Assembly (NCBI GenBank): GCA_965199495.1 | Contig: CBDASK010000003.1 | Span: 2,336,001-2,400,000, forward strand | Direction: 5' to 3' | DNA: 64,000 nt | Origin: Abditibacterium sp. | GTDB taxonomy: Bacteria; Armatimonadota; Abditibacteriia; Abditibacteriales; Abditibacteriaceae | Part shown: one piece after another, positions 28,555 to 39,083 of the stretch | Layout of the letters: every line of letters begins with the position of its first letter | Numbering within the stretch: position 1 is the stretch's first letter | Position numbers and translations under genes: made by a program | Notes under the pieces: generated by a model | The model's input: only the letters and a program-made list of their open reading frames with translations | The model's database searches: none | Told to the model about the DNA's origin: nothing

Positions 28555-31500
28555 AACTGCTCCAATCGTTTACCCCGCACCGATGCCAACGATTCGACCA
28601 AAACTTCGATTGTGCGCAGCAATTGCGCGTCGTTCATCGCGCGCGTGTTGATCGCCAAACCTTCGAGTTTGCGCAGCGCCAACGTCTGCAAAGCGCGCTT
28701 GTCTTTTTCGCCCAGAATTTTATAAGCATATTTTAAATCGCTATCTTCAAACGTATCGCCGGGCTTGAGTTTAATCAATACTTCTTCGGGGCTTTTAGTG
28801 ATACTTCGCAGATAGGCTTTCAACATCCAAACGCGCACTTTTAACACGCGAATCAGATTAAACGCGGGCGCCGGAAGCGCGCCGAAACGGTCGCGCAGTT
28901 CCTCGCGGATTGATTCGACATCTTCGAGTTCGCGCACCATCGTCATTTCGCGATAAAGGCCCAAACGCTCGACGGCATCGGCAACGTAATCTTCGGGCAA
29001 ATACGCCGGAATCGGCAAGTCCACTTCGGGCAACTCCTCGACACGAGCCACGCGCTTGGTTTGGCCGCGCGTTTTGGCGACGGCTTCGGCCAAAAACTGC
29101 GAATACAAATCCATGCCGACCGCCGCAATCGAGCCGCTCTGTTTGATGCCCAGCACATCGCCCGCGCCGCGAATTTCGAGGTCGCGCATCGCGATGCGAA
29201 AACCGGCGCCCAAATCGGTGTTTTCCTGCAAAGCCGCCAAACGTTCTTCGGCGTCTTTGGGCATTTTGCCGCGATTGGAATGCAAGAAATACGCATACGC
29301 CTGACGCGGACTGCGCCCTACTCTTCCGCGCAATTGATACATTTGCGACAACCCCAAACGGTCGGCGTGATCGCAGATAATCGTGTTGGCGTTGGGCAGG
29401 TCAATGCCATTTTCGATAATCGTCGTCGCCAACAAAATATCGGTGCGATGCTGCATAAAGTCGAGCATCACTTGTTCTAATGCTTCGTCGCCCATCTGTC
29501 CGTGGCCCATGCCGATGCGCGCGTGCGGCACCAGTTTTTGCAACTGATCGGCGACGTGGCTGATGCTGTCCACGCGATTGTGGATGTAATAAATCTGGCC
29601 TTCGCGCTCCAGTTCGCGCTCGATGGCCGCGCGCACAACCGCGTCTTTTTGCGGCATCACATACGTGCGAATCGGCAAACGGCCACGCGGCGGATCGGTA
29701 ATCAGCGAAATTCCGCGTAATCCGCCCAATGCCATTTGCAGCGTGCGCGGAATCGGCGTCGCGCTCATCGTCAGAATATCGACTTCGGCGCGCAATTCTT
29801 TCAAACGTTCTTTTTGCATCACGCCGAAACGTTGTTCTTCGTCCACGATAACTAATCCCAAATCTTTGAACTCGACATCTTTTTGAATCAACCGATGTGT
29901 TCCGATAACGATGTCAACGCCACCACTTTTTAAGTTCTCCAAAGTTCGTTTAATTTCGGTCGCGGTCTTAAATCTGGAAACGACTTCGATACGCGTGGGA
30001 TACGCGTTCATGCGTTCGCTAAAAGTCTGAAAATGTTGTTGCGCCAAAACGGTCGTAGGAACTAAAACCGCGACCTGTTTACCTTCCTGCACCGCTTTGA
30101 AAGCGGCGCGCACGGCGATTTCGGTCTTGCCGAAACCGACATCGCCGCAGACCAATCTGTCCATCGGCTTGCCAGTTTCCATGTCCGATTTGGTGTCTTT
30201 AATCGCCTGCAATTGCGAGGGCGTTTCCTCGAATGGAAACGCCGATTCCATTTCGCGTTGCCACATCGTGTCCGGCCCCAGCGGCGCTTTTTCGGCTTTC
30301 TCGCGGCGCGCATACAAAACCGCCAAATCCTGCGCGGCCTGCATCGCTTCCTCGCGGGCGCGGGTTTTGGCTTTCTCCCAACTGCCGCCTTTGAGCGGCG
30401 TTAGCGAAGGCACCGACGCATCCGAACCCATATATTTCTGCACGCGATCTAACTGGCCAACCGGCACATACAAACGGTCTTGACCGTCGTATTCCAATGC
30501 CAGATATTCGTTGACCGCGCCACCGATTTCGCGTTGCACGACGCCGCCATATTGCGCGATGCCGTGATTGACGTGAACGACATAATCGCCTTCGCGCAGG
30601 TCGGCGATTTTGGACAATGGCGAAGTTTCGCTGCCGAATTTCTCCGCGCCGCCCTTCTTTTTGCGACGGCTCCGTTTGGTCGCGCGCGGCTGAAACGTCT
30701 GCCAACCGAACATTTCGCTGTCGCACAAAACGCACAATTCGCCCCAGTTAAAACCATTTGTCAATCGCTGCGGCATCACCAAAATTTGGCCGTTTTCGGC
30801 TTTGTTAATCTCGTCAATTAAGTGGACGTGGCTGATGTTTTGGTCGGCCAAAATCTCGCGCACGCGGCGCGCGTGCGAAGTCGCGCACACGATGATTTTG
30901 CCCTCGTGCTGACGAACTTTAATCCAATCGCAAAGCGGCGCGATTTGCCCGTTGAACGCGGGCGGCGCGCCGATTTCGAGCGAAACATCGGCGCCGTCGT
31001 CGCTGCCCGCGCGCGCCTCGAAACGCGTAAATTTGGCGCTGGCCGTTTGCAATTCGTCCCAACTGGCGACCGACGGCGGCACTTCCAAAATATCATCTTG
31101 ATGTAACGCCGTGTTTTCATCGGCCAAGCGCGAAACCTGCGACAGAGCGCGCTCCGGCTCGGCCCAAATTATCAAGGCATCTGGGGGCAAATGATCGAAG
31201 AGCGTCGAATGTTGCGGCTCGATCAAGCCGCGGTAACGCTCGACGCCGGGGAAATATCTGCCGCTATCTAATAATTCGATTTCGCGGTCGAAGCGGCGCT
31301 TCAAAACGCGAATATCTTCGGGAAACGCTTTCAATCGCTCGATTTCTTCGTCCAAACGAATCAACAATTGCGCGGCGATTTCGCGTCCTTTGGCTGCCGA
31401 TAAATATAATTCGCGCGGCGGAGTTAAGCGAATCGATTTCAATTTCTCGGTCGAGCGCTGCGTTTCGACATCGAAAGCGCGCAGTTCGTCAATTTCGTCG

Positions 31501-32096
31501 CCCCACAATTCGAGGCGCATCGGCGTGCCTCCGGCGGGCGGATAGAAATCTATAATGCCGCCACGCACCGCGAACTGGCCCGATTCCTCAACTTCTTCGA
31601 CGCGCTCGTAACCTGCTTCCGATAAGTGCGCGATGAAATCGTCGCGCGTCAATTTCTGGCCGACGTTCAATTCGTCGTAGCCCTGAATTAACTGTTTGAC
31701 CGGCAGCGTCGGATGAGCCACGGCGACGGCAGTCGTGACGATGAGCGGCTTTTCGCGGTGAATCGCATCCAAAACCGCGAGGCGTTCTTGCGTGGCGTTG
31801 CGGTCGTCGGTGTCGTCCAAAACCGCGCGGTCGGGCGCCGGAAAATAGAGCGCCTCGCGCGATTCGTCGGGCGCAATCGCGGCCAAATCGCGCAACGCAT
31901 TTTCGCCGCTTTCGGCGGTTGGGCACACCAAAACAACGGTTTTTTCGCTGACCTGCGACAGATATTCCGCCAGAGGCGCCCAACTCGCGGGCGGCGCTCC
32001 TTCGAGTTTCGTCGCGCTACTTTGCGCTTTGGCTTGCGCTTTAAATTTTAATTTTTGGAGTTGCGGATGGGATTGAAGTAAGTCGAGAAATTGCAT
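28551..32096 (-). CDS. mfd: Transcription-repair coupling factor
   Basis: CarD/TRCF domain (VVHVNHGI), [26 protein letters not shown] and QLRGRVGRS. Confidence 0.98.
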   Translation of the reverse strand: MQFLDLLQSHPQLQKLKFKAQAKAQSSATKLEGAPPASWAPLAEYLSQVSEKTVVLVCPTAESGENALRDLAAIAPDESREALYFPAPDRAVLDDTDDRNATQERLAVLDAIHREKPLIVTTAVAVAHPTLPVKQLIQGYDELNVGQKLTRDDFIAHLSEAGYERVEEVEESGQFAVRGGIIDFYPPAGGTPMRLELWGDEIDELRAFDVETQRSTEKLKSIRLTPPRELYLSAAKGREIAAQLLIRLDEEIERLKAFPEDIRVLKRRFDREIELLDSGRYFPGVERYRGLIEPQHSTLFDHLPPDALIIWAEPERALSQVSRLADENTALHQDDILEVPPSVASWDELQTASAKFTRFEARAGSDDGADVSLEIGAPPAFNGQIAPLCDWIKVRQHEGKIIVCATSHARRVREILADQNISHVHLIDEINKAENGQILVMPQRLTNGFNWGELCVLCDSEMFGWQTFQPRATKRSRRKKKGGAEKFGSETSPLSKIADLREGDYVVHVNHGIAQYGGVVQREIGGAVNEYLALEYDGQDRLYVPVGQLDRVQKYMGSDASVPSLTPLKGGSWEKAKTRAREEAMQAAQDLAVLYARREKAEKAPLGPDTMWQREMESAFPFEETPSQLQAIKDTKSDMETGKPMDRLVCGDVGFGKTEIAVRAAFKAVQEGKQVAVLVPTTVLAQQHFQTFSERMNAYPTRIEVVSRFKTATEIKRTLENLKSGGVDIVIGTHRLIQKDVEFKDLGLVIVDEEQRFGVMQKERLKELRAEVDILTMSATPIPRTLQMALGGLRGISLITDPPRGRLPIRTYVMPQKDAVVRAAIERELEREGQIYYIHNRVDSISHVADQLQKLVPHARIGMGHGQMGDEALEQVMLDFMQHRTDILLATTIIENGIDLPNANTIICDHADRLGLSQMYQLRGRVGRSPRQAYAYFLHSNRGKMPKDAEERLAALQENTDLGAGFRIAMRDLEIRGAGDVLGIKQSGSIAAVGMDLYSQFLAEAVAKTRGQTKRVARVEELPEVDLPIPAYLPEDYVADAVERLGLYREMTMVRELEDVESIREELRDRFGALPAPAFNLIRVLKVRVWMLKAYLRSITKSPEEVLIKLKPGDTFEDSDLKYAYKILGEKDKRALQTLALRKLEGLAINTRAMNDAQLLRTIEVLVESLASVRGKRLEQF

Positions 32097-32234
32097 GGAA
32101 TACGCGAACGGGCACACGACAAAACGCCCGGTCAACGCGACGGCGCGACGGGCGAAATGCGACTTTTGAATAACTCAAGTTTACCTTTCTTACGAGCTTT
32201 ATCCAAATATCATCGTCGGTACTTCACCCAAACA

Positions 32235-32264
32235 TTGACAGACTTATTTGTTTTAAGATATAGT
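32235..32264 (+). promoter_or_regulatory. Sigma70-like promoter
   Basis: TTGACA-18 nt-TATAGT upstream of the NarL-type regulator. Confidence 0.55.
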
Positions 32265-32332
32265 AGGGCCAAATGGTTGAGTTGTCAGGCGTTAAATTTG
32301 CAACATTATTATTACTTTTACTCTTCTCTATT

Positions 32333-33028
32333 ATGCAAACTCACACTCTAACGGAAGCGCCGATTTCGGAGGTTCCAATACGGGGAAAGGTCATCAGGGT
32401 TTTCATCGCAGATGATCATGTTTTGGTGCGCGAGGGATTGCGGCTTATCATTGAGGCACAGTCCGATATGGAAGTTGTGGGCGAGGCCAGCGACGGGCAG
32501 GAGGCTTGGACGCGCATTCGAGAATTGCGCCCCGATGTGGCGATGATTGACGTTTCGATGCCCTATCTCAACGGTGCCCAGACGACCGAGCGCGTGCGTT
32601 TCAATTGCCCCGAAGTCAAAGTTTTAGCGGTTTCGGCCTATGGTGACGAAGCCCATATTCGCCAATTACTGGCGTCGGGCGCGGCGGGTTACGTGCTCAA
32701 AAAAGCGGCTTCGCAAGAACTCGCCAACGCGATTCGCGTGGTCGCGGGCGGCGGCGTGCATCTCGATCCGCAAATCGCCGGGCAAGTCGTGGGCGGCTTC
32801 GTCAATCAATGCGGAACTGAAAGCGACGGCGGCCTGACCGTGCGCGAAGTCGAAGTCGTGATGCTCGTCGCTTATGGTCACACCAACAAGGAAATCGCCG
32901 CCAAGCTGCATTTATCGGTAAAAACGGTCGAGGGCCACAAAACGCGCACCAACGAGAAATTGGGCATCAAAACCCGCGCCGATGTCGTGCGCTACGCCCT
33001 GCGCCGTGGCTGGTTGCGCGATGAGTAA
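32333..33028 (+). CDS. NarL/LuxR family response regulator (no adjacent kinase)
   Basis: IADDH, IDVSMP and LTVREVEV...TNKEIAAKLHLSVKTVEGH. Confidence 0.93.
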   Translation: MQTHTLTEAPISEVPIRGKVIRVFIADDHVLVREGLRLIIEAQSDMEVVGEASDGQEAWTRIRELRPDVAMIDVSMPYLNGAQTTERVRFNCPEVKVLAVSAYGDEAHIRQLLASGAAGYVLKKAASQELANAIRVVAGGGVHLDPQIAGQVVGGFVNQCGTESDGGLTVREVEVVMLVAYGHTNKEIAAKLHLSVKTVEGHKTRTNEKLGIKTRADVVRYALRRGWLRDE

Positions 33029-33058
33029 AAGTTCGTGTCCCTACGGGAAAACGAAAAT

Positions 33059-33442
33059 TTAATTATTCAACGGATTACTCGCGAAAGCCCATTCATCGGC
33101 CATTTCGCCTTCGCGCAGATGCGTTTCGACGATTGCCTCGCACGCTTGCGGCGTGACGCGGCCATACCAAACGCCTTCGGGGTAAACGATCATCAGTGGC
33201 CCGTTCTGACAAAATCTCAAGCATTCGACTTCGGTGACGTAAACGTTGATGCTATCGTCTTTGAGCTTTTTGCACGCTTTGTTCAGCGTTTTCATCGTGG
33301 CTTTGGCCTCATCTTTGTCTTTGCAACAGCCCGCTTGCGTGCAAATCAAAACGTGGCGCGCGTAACCGCCAGTTTTGCTTTCAGCGCCGATGCCGCGCGA
33401 AATGGCTTTCTTTTCCAGTTTTACACGTTGTTCCGAATTCAT
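33059..33442 (-). CDS. Thioredoxin-like [2Fe-2S] ferredoxin
   Basis: HVLICTQAGCC and CLRFCQNGPLMIVYPEGVWY. ATGA-coupled to the ROK gene. Confidence 0.88.
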   Translation of the reverse strand: MNSEQRVKLEKKAISRGIGAESKTGGYARHVLICTQAGCCKDKDEAKATMKTLNKACKKLKDDSINVYVTEVECLRFCQNGPLMIVYPEGVWYGRVTPQACEAIVETHLREGEMADEWAFASNPLNN

Positions 33443-34386
33443 TTGGTGTGCCGTTCGCGCGCCCATTGCGCGGCGCCGATAGTTCCAGCGTCGTTGCCCA
33501 ACGCGGCGGGTTTAATCTGATTCACGTCGAAGGTAAAACGCGACGTACGCGATGCTACGGCGTTGCGAAGCGGCTCGAATAACGGTTCGCCGACTTGAGC
33601 CACGCCGCCTGCGATGACAACGCGCGAAACGTCGGCGGTGAACACGACATTCACGATGCCGACGGCTAAATAACTCGCGGTTTCCATCCACACTTTGCGC
33701 GCCAAATTGTCGCCGCGCGCGGCGGCGCGGGCGATATGAAGCGGCGCGAGTTGCGCCAAATCGGGGCAAATCTCCCAAATCAGCGAGGCTTGCCCGGTCG
33801 TCAAAGCGCGCATCGCGCGCCACACGATGGCGTCGCGTCCACACACGCTTTCGAGCGTGCCGACGTTGCCGCCGCTACCGCGCTTGTCGTCAATATCAAC
33901 CGTGATGTGCCCGACTTCGGCGCCGCGCTCGCTGGCGCCTAATCGCAGTTCGCCGTCGAGAATTAAACCCGATCCGATGCCGGTGCCCAACGTTAAAACT
34001 AAAATGTCGGCGGCGCCCCGACCGGCGCCAAATCGCGCTTCGCCCAACGCGGCGGCGTTGGCGTCGTTGAGCGCATGAACCGGCAAACCAATTTTTTCGC
34101 TCAGAATCGGCCCGACCGGCAAATCGCTCCAGCCGCTCAAATTGGGCGCATAAACGCAAATTCCGTCGGCGTGCCGAATGTGTCCGGGCACGCCAATGCC
34201 GACTGCCTCAACTTTCGCGGCAAATTCTTCGATAACCGCGCGTGCCGTGGCTGCAATGCGGCCCAGTAAAATTTCGGGCGCATCGCTCTGGCGCGTCTCG
34301 ATTTGCATTGCGTGCGATAACGCGCCGTTTTCGTTTAGTAAGCCGAACGCGCAGGTCGTGCCGCCGAGGTCAATTCCCAGAAACAT
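33439..34386 (-). CDS. ROK family sugar kinase (glucokinase-like)
   Basis: GIDLGGT, NDANAAALGE, LGTGIGSG and EVGH. Confidence 0.92.
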   Translation of the reverse strand: MFLGIDLGGTTCAFGLLNENGALSHAMQIETRQSDAPEILLGRIAATARAVIEEFAAKVEAVGIGVPGHIRHADGICVYAPNLSGWSDLPVGPILSEKIGLPVHALNDANAAALGEARFGAGRGAADILVLTLGTGIGSGLILDGELRLGASERGAEVGHITVDIDDKRGSGGNVGTLESVCGRDAIVWRAMRALTTGQASLIWEICPDLAQLAPLHIARAAARGDNLARKVWMETASYLAVGIVNVVFTADVSRVVIAGGVAQVGEPLFEPLRNAVASRTSRFTFDVNQIKPAALGNDAGTIGAAQWARERHTK

Positions 34387-34422
34387 AGGTTTAGAAGTAA
34401 AACCGAATTTGATAGCAAACGC

Positions 34423-34583
34423 GTTAGTTCTTCCGCCTGTCATTTTGAGCGAAGTGAGGCACGAACGAAGTCGAAGAATCCATGACTTTGGCCGAAGCCG
34501 AGGCGAAATCAACAAGCAACTGATGGATTCTTCGACTTCGTTCGTGCCTCACTTCGCTCAGAATAACAGGCGGAAGAACTAAC
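34423..34583. repeat. Palindromic element (family B)
   Basis: GTTAGTTCTTCCGCCTGTCATTTTGAGCGAAGTGAGGCACGAACGAAGTCGAAGAATCCAT and its near-perfect inverted copy. Confidence 0.92.
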
Positions 34584-34628
34584 AACGCGATGTTTATTTC
34601 GCTCGAAAGTGCAGCCGAGACGAAACAA

Positions 34629-34663
34629 AAATAACCGAAAAGCGCGGGGCTTTTCGGTTATTT
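34629..34663 (-). terminator. Intrinsic terminator after rpsR
   Basis: AAATAACCGAAAAGC / GCTTTTCGGTTATTT stem with a T-tract on the minus strand. Confidence 0.7.
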
Positions 34664-34675
34664 CAGGTTGCGGAA

Positions 34676-34951
34676 TTAGCCGCCCTGCGATTGGCGCAGG
34701 TGATCGGCGGTGTAATGCAACAACGCCATGTGGCGCGCGATTTTGACTTGTTCGGCGATGTGGCGTTGTTGAATCGCCGACAGGCCCGAATTGCGGCGCG
34801 ACAAAATTTTGCCACGGTCGGTCACGAAACGCTTGAGTTGCGAGGCGCTTTTATAGTTGAGCCCGAACACGAATTCATCGGTGTATTGGGGCCGCTTGCC
34901 TTTGAGGGGCTTCAACGGTTTGCGCGTGCGCTGGGATTGAGCTTTTGCCAT
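34676..34951 (-). CDS. rpsR: 30S ribosomal protein S18 (no Zn-binding Cys)
   Basis: NYKSASQLKRFVTDRGKILSRRNSG...KIARHMALL. Follows ssb. Confidence 0.95.
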   Translation of the reverse strand: MAKAQSQRTRKPLKPLKGKRPQYTDEFVFGLNYKSASQLKRFVTDRGKILSRRNSGLSAIQQRHIAEQVKIARHMALLHYTADHLRQSQGG

Positions 34952-35031
34952 GTGGTTTTCCTCCTTTTAGATTTTTGTTAAAAACGTCAATTTGCGTTGA
35001 CGTGTTGGATTTTTTGTCTGGGTTTGCCATT

Positions 35032-35126
35032 GTAGAGACACCGATTTATCGTGTCTAAAAGGTTCAAGCTCCTGCAAATCTTGCGGGTTCATTTATCTTT
35101 TAGACACGATAAATCGGTGTCTCTAC
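35032..35126. repeat. GTAG-type REP doublet, copy 4, 95 bp (between ssb and rpsR)
   Basis: GTAGAGACACCGATTTATCGTGTCTAAAA ... TTTTAGACACGATAAATCGGTGTCTCTAC. Confidence 0.93.
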
Positions 35127-35145
35127 AATGGCATCGCGCTATTTT

Positions 35146-35757
35146 TTACTCGTCGGCGAACGGGTCGCTGTCGTCGTAATCGTCATCGGGGTAGGTCTCG
35201 CGAGCCGCAGGTTTTGCTGCGGGCCGTTGAGCCGGAGCCGCCGGACGTTGCGCCGGAGCTTCGCTGCGAGGAGCGGCTGGTCGCGCTGCGGGACGCGGCG
35301 CGGGAGCTGGTTCCTCGTCGTCGAAGTAGTTGTCGTCCTGCGAACTGCGTCCGCCGCCGCCGCCATTACGCGAAGCGGGCGCCGCATTGTAGCCACCGCC
35401 GCCCGAATCGCCGCCGCCACTATCGTCGCCGCGACCTTGCAGAGATTCCACGCGGTCGCAAACGATGTTGGTGAAGTAGCGAGCGTTGCCGTCTTGGCCC
35501 TGCACTTTGTTGATTTCGACGCGCCCTTCCACCGCGACCAGTTGGCCTTTGGTGATGTATTGGCTCACGAAATCGGCGGTCTGGCGAAACGCGCGACAAT
35601 CGAAAAAGTCGGTTTTGCGCTCGCCGGTCTGCGTGTCTTTGTATTGCCGGTCAACCGCAATGGAAAACTTGGCAATCGAAAGATTGCTGGCCGTATAGCT
35701 CTGTTCGGGGTCGCGCGTCAGGCGACCGACAAGGATGACTTTGTTCAGTGAAGGCAT
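35146..35757 (-). CDS. ssb: Single-stranded DNA-binding protein
   Basis: LNKVILVGRLTRDPE OB fold, Gly/Pro linker, and acidic tail DDSDPFADE. Confidence 0.96.
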   Translation of the reverse strand: MPSLNKVILVGRLTRDPEQSYTASNLSIAKFSIAVDRQYKDTQTGERKTDFFDCRAFRQTADFVSQYITKGQLVAVEGRVEINKVQGQDGNARYFTNIVCDRVESLQGRGDDSGGGDSGGGGYNAAPASRNGGGGGRSSQDDNYFDDEEPAPAPRPAARPAAPRSEAPAQRPAAPAQRPAAKPAARETYPDDDYDDSDPFADE

Positions 35758-35955
35758 GCTATTTTCTCCTCTTGGCGTTGCAGGAAAATTTATCGGCGAA
35801 ATTTGATTTCGCCGACGGTGCAACGGGCAAGGCTTACGAGAAAAAGGATAACAAATTTTGTTTTCACTTACAACAGAAAAAACAAAATTTATTTTCCTTT
35901 TCTCGAATTTATTTTTTGCGAGTTCCATTCATCCCGGCGACGTGGCTGCTAATGG

Positions 35956-36552
35956 TTAGCGACCTTCGCGCAAAATGATGTGACGCAAGACGTTATCTTC
36001 GAGTTTGAAGAAGCGATCCATTTCGGGGATCAGCGACTGCGAGAAACGCGCGTTGACCACGACATAAACGCCTTCGCTTTGCGTGACCGATTGTTTTTTG
36101 ATCGGAAACGCCAGACGACGCGATTCGGTCACACGCACGTTATCAACGGCGCCTTTGCCTTCCTCGATCATCGTTTTGAGACGCTCTTGAGTTGCGGTTT
36201 GGGCTTCTTCGTTGTTCGCGAGAACGATGTAAGCGACTTCGTAGGCGCGCGTGTTGGGAAGCTCCTCGCGTTCAGCTTCGGTTTGCGAAGCATCGAGTTC
36301 GGGCATCAAGTCGGTCGGGCCTTGCAGGCGCCCGGCTTCGGGGCGGTCGTCGCGATTGCGGTCGCGGCGGCGGTATTCGCGCTCGTCGCCATCGCTATTT
36401 TCATCGCGATCACGCTCGCTGTTGCCACGATGCTCGCTGTTTTGCTGAACTTCCTTAGACGAAGTTTCGGTCGGTGCGGAGTCGGTTGCGGGCGTTTCGC
36501 CCACGGCCTCGACGGCCTCCGGCTCGGCTACGGATGTGTTATTTTCTGCCAA
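35956..36552 (-). CDS. rpsF: 30S ribosomal protein S6 with about 100-aa N-terminal extension
   Basis: RAYEVAYIV, RRLAFPIKK and VLRHIILRE. Strong GGGGAGGTGA RBS before the TTG. rpsF-ssb-rpsR order. Confidence 0.9.
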   Translation of the reverse strand: MAENNTSVAEPEAVEAVGETPATDSAPTETSSKEVQQNSEHRGNSERDRDENSDGDEREYRRRDRNRDDRPEAGRLQGPTDLMPELDASQTEAEREELPNTRAYEVAYIVLANNEEAQTATQERLKTMIEEGKGAVDNVRVTESRRLAFPIKKQSVTQSEGVYVVVNARFSQSLIPEMDRFFKLEDNVLRHIILREGR

Positions 36553-36737
36553 TATATATTCACCTCCCCTTTGGATGTTCTGCGGATAATATCCGCGAAG
36601 TAACCGTTAGTCCGCGACGCGTTAGGAGCGCATCGTCGTCTAACAGCAGGAGAATTTGCGAATCATCAGTTCACCAGTTCACGCGGATGAGCGCTTGAGG
36701 CAAACTAAGAAACGGGAAACCGGGGAAATTATACCAT

Positions 36738-36840
36738 AAGGAACAAGGGACAGGGAACAAGGCACAAGAATTCTTTGCGAGTGAGTTCCAACTGAAGTCC
36801 CAAAAACGTCCCTTGCTCCTTGCTCCCTGTCCCTTGTTGC
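36738..36840. repeat. Inverted arrays of 7-bp units (GAACAAG/GGACAGG versus CTTGCTC/CCTGTCC)
   Basis: Four heptamers per arm facing each other across a spacer of about 40 nt. Confidence 0.8.
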
Positions 36841-36849
36841 TAAAGAAAT

Positions 36850-37884
36850 ATGTCCACCACTTTTAATCTGGCCATCATCGGCGTTGGCATCGGGCGCCAA
36901 CATTTGCGCGGCGCGCTGGGCGTGCCGGGCGTGCATATCGCGGCGCTGTGCGATTTGGATGTCGCGCGCGCGGGCGCGATGGCCGAAGAGTTCGAGTTGC
37001 AGGGCACGCGCGTCGTCGCCGATTATCGCGAGCTGCTCGAAATGCCCGATTTGGACGCGGTTTCGGTGTGCGTGCCCAATTCGCTGCACGCTTCGATTAC
37101 GGTCGCATGTTTGAGCGCCGGATTGCACGTCTTGTGCGAAAAACCGTTGGCGACTAATGCCGCCGACGCGCAACAAATCGTGGACGCCGCGCGCGACAAC
37201 AATCGCGCGTGTATGGTCGGCCAACTTTTGCGCTTTCGCGACGATGTGCGCGAACTCAAAAAGCGCGCCGGAGAAATCGGCCAACCGTATTACGCGCGCG
37301 CCGTGGCTCGTCGCGCGCACGGCATTCCCAAATGGGGCAGTTGGTTCACCCAAAAAGAGATGTCGGGCGGCGGGCCTCTGATTGACACCGGCGTTCACAT
37401 CATTGATTTGGCGTGGTGGCTCGCCAGAAGTCCGCGCCCAGTGAGTGCATCAGCCACGGCGTATGGCGAGTTGGGCGCGCGCAAAATCGGTCTGGGCATG
37501 GGCGGCATCGGCGACGCTAACGGGCGCTTCGATGTCGAAGATTTGGCGGCGGGCCACATCCGTTTCGAGAATAATTTTTCGATTCACTTCGAGTCGTCGT
37601 GGGCACTTTACGCCGACAAAGACGCGCGTTCGTGCCACGTTCACGGCACCGAAGGCGCGCTGCTGTGGGACGACGACGCCCGCGTTATCACGTCCGATGG
37701 TTCGGTTGAAGCGATTCACGTCGAGCCGGGCGACGCGTGGCAAAGGGAAATCGCGTATTTCGTGAGTTGTATTCAAAAAGGCATCGCGCCCCAACCGGAC
37801 GCAACGGCGGGCCTGACGATGATGAAAATGTTGGACGCGTTGTATCAGAGCGCGCGCGAAGGGCGCGAAGTGGAAATTGGTTGA
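36850..37884 (+). CDS. Gfo/Idh/MocA family oxidoreductase
   Basis: IIGVGIG, HVLCEKPL and GGGPLIDTGVHIIDL. Confidence 0.93.
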   Translation: MSTTFNLAIIGVGIGRQHLRGALGVPGVHIAALCDLDVARAGAMAEEFELQGTRVVADYRELLEMPDLDAVSVCVPNSLHASITVACLSAGLHVLCEKPLATNAADAQQIVDAARDNNRACMVGQLLRFRDDVRELKKRAGEIGQPYYARAVARRAHGIPKWGSWFTQKEMSGGGPLIDTGVHIIDLAWWLARSPRPVSASATAYGELGARKIGLGMGGIGDANGRFDVEDLAAGHIRFENNFSIHFESSWALYADKDARSCHVHGTEGALLWDDDARVITSDGSVEAIHVEPGDAWQREIAYFVSCIQKGIAPQPDATAGLTMMKMLDALYQSAREGREVEIG

Positions 37885-38073
37885 AGAAAGCGCGGACGTT
37901 TTTCCCTCACCCGGCTTCGTGCCTCAGCCACCCTCTCCCGGAGGGAGAAGGAAGTTCGCCACTTTGACGTAAAGAGCTTTCTTCAAACCTTCTGCGGAAA
38001 AATCCTTCTCCCTCCGGGAGAGGGTGGCTGAGGCATGAAGCCGGGTGAGGGAAAAACGTCCGCGCTTTCTTCA
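37882..38073. repeat. Palindromic element, about 70-bp arms (family A)
   Basis: 37882-37952 pairs with 38002-38073 with one mismatch. It begins at the upstream TGA stop. Confidence 0.92.
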
Positions 38074-38094
38074 GACTCCCAATTATCCGAACCC

Positions 38095-38880
38095 ATGTTT
38101 TTCGACTCCCATTGCCATCTCACCGACGACCGATTATTCCCGCAACTCGCCGATGTTTTATCACGCGCCCACAGTAGCCACGTCGAGGCGATGCTAAGTA
38201 TTAGCTCCGATTTAGATGACACCGCGCGCATTTTAGAACTCTGCCAACCCAATCGAATCTGGGCCAGCGCGGGCGTTCATCCGGCGTCGGCGTTGCAATG
38301 GAACGATGACGATTCAACCCAAAAACTCACGCAATTCGCGCGCGACGAACGCGTATTGGCGATTGGCGAAATTGGTTTGGATTATCTTTACGACGACGCG
38401 CATCCCGACTATCCGGGCGCCACGCGCGCGCGTCAATCCGAAGTTTTTGAGGCGCAATTGCAAATCGCGTCCGACAACAATTTGCCGATTATCATTCACA
38501 ATCGCGAGGCCGACGAAGATTTGCTGGCGATTGTCGGCGCGTGGAAAGACCATTTAAACGGCGGCGTTTTTCATTGTTTCGGCAGCTCGCCCGAAGTCGC
38601 GCGGCGCGTTTTAGATTTGGGGTTTCATCTGGGTTTCACCGGCATCGTTTCGTTCAAAAACGCGCGCCAAACCCACGACGTGGCTGCTCTGTGCCCATTG
38701 GACAAAATGCTCATCGAAACCGATGCGCCTTATCTCGCGCCCGTCCCGATGCGCGGCAAAACCAATGAGCCATCGTTCGTGCCGTTCGTCGCGGCGAAAA
38801 TCGCCGAGATCAAAGGTTTGTCGGTCGAAGAAATCGGCGCGATGACTACAGCGAACGCGCGACGATTGTTTGGAATTTAG
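38095..38880 (+). CDS. tatD: TatD family nuclease
   Basis: FDSHCHL, GVHP, IGEIGLDY, IHNRE, HCF and ETDAPYL. Confidence 0.93.
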   Translation: MFFDSHCHLTDDRLFPQLADVLSRAHSSHVEAMLSISSDLDDTARILELCQPNRIWASAGVHPASALQWNDDDSTQKLTQFARDERVLAIGEIGLDYLYDDAHPDYPGATRARQSEVFEAQLQIASDNNLPIIIHNREADEDLLAIVGAWKDHLNGGVFHCFGSSPEVARRVLDLGFHLGFTGIVSFKNARQTHDVAALCPLDKMLIETDAPYLAPVPMRGKTNEPSFVPFVAAKIAEIKGLSVEEIGAMTTANARRLFGI

Positions 38881-38909
38881 CCACAAAGAACATGGGGCAA
38901 TTATTTTTC

Positions 38910-39004
38910 GTAGAGACACCGACTTGTCGTGTCTAAAACGTCGGAATTGCCAAGACGTTAAAGCCAGTTCAACCTTTTTAGACACGACAAGTCGGTGTCT
39001 CTAC
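38910..39004. repeat. GTAG-type REP doublet, copy 5, 95 bp
   Basis: Arms identical to copy 1. Confidence 0.93.
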
Positions 39005-39029
39005 GAACGACAATTTTCCATCAAACCTC

Positions 39030-39080
39030 TTGACGACAAATGTCGGCTGACTTAAAATAATTAGACGACATTTGTCGTCT
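39030..39080 (+). promoter_or_regulatory. Sigma70 promoter overlapped by two BlaI-type operators
   Basis: TTGACG-17 nt-TAAAAT. Palindromes GACGACA-AA-TGTCGGC (39032-39047) and AGACGACA-TT-TGTCGTCT (39063-39080). Confidence 0.75.
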
Positions 39081-39083
39081 CAC

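Noticed and set aside
34387..34515. Long N-terminal extensions of the ROK kinase, histidine kinase (12535), TatD (38035) and XylB (46259) in the ORF track
   Set aside because: They run into palindromic elements. Family-typical starts lie downstream.
36553..36660. S6:S18 ribosomal leader RNA upstream of rpsF
   Set aside because: The position is right and some pairing is possible, but I cannot verify the consensus without a covariance-model search.
9177..39004. CRISPR interpretation of the 29-bp arms with 37-nt spacers
   Set aside because: Arms are inverted and occur as dispersed pairs, not as direct-repeat arrays. Some spacers are homologous to each other, and no cas genes are present.
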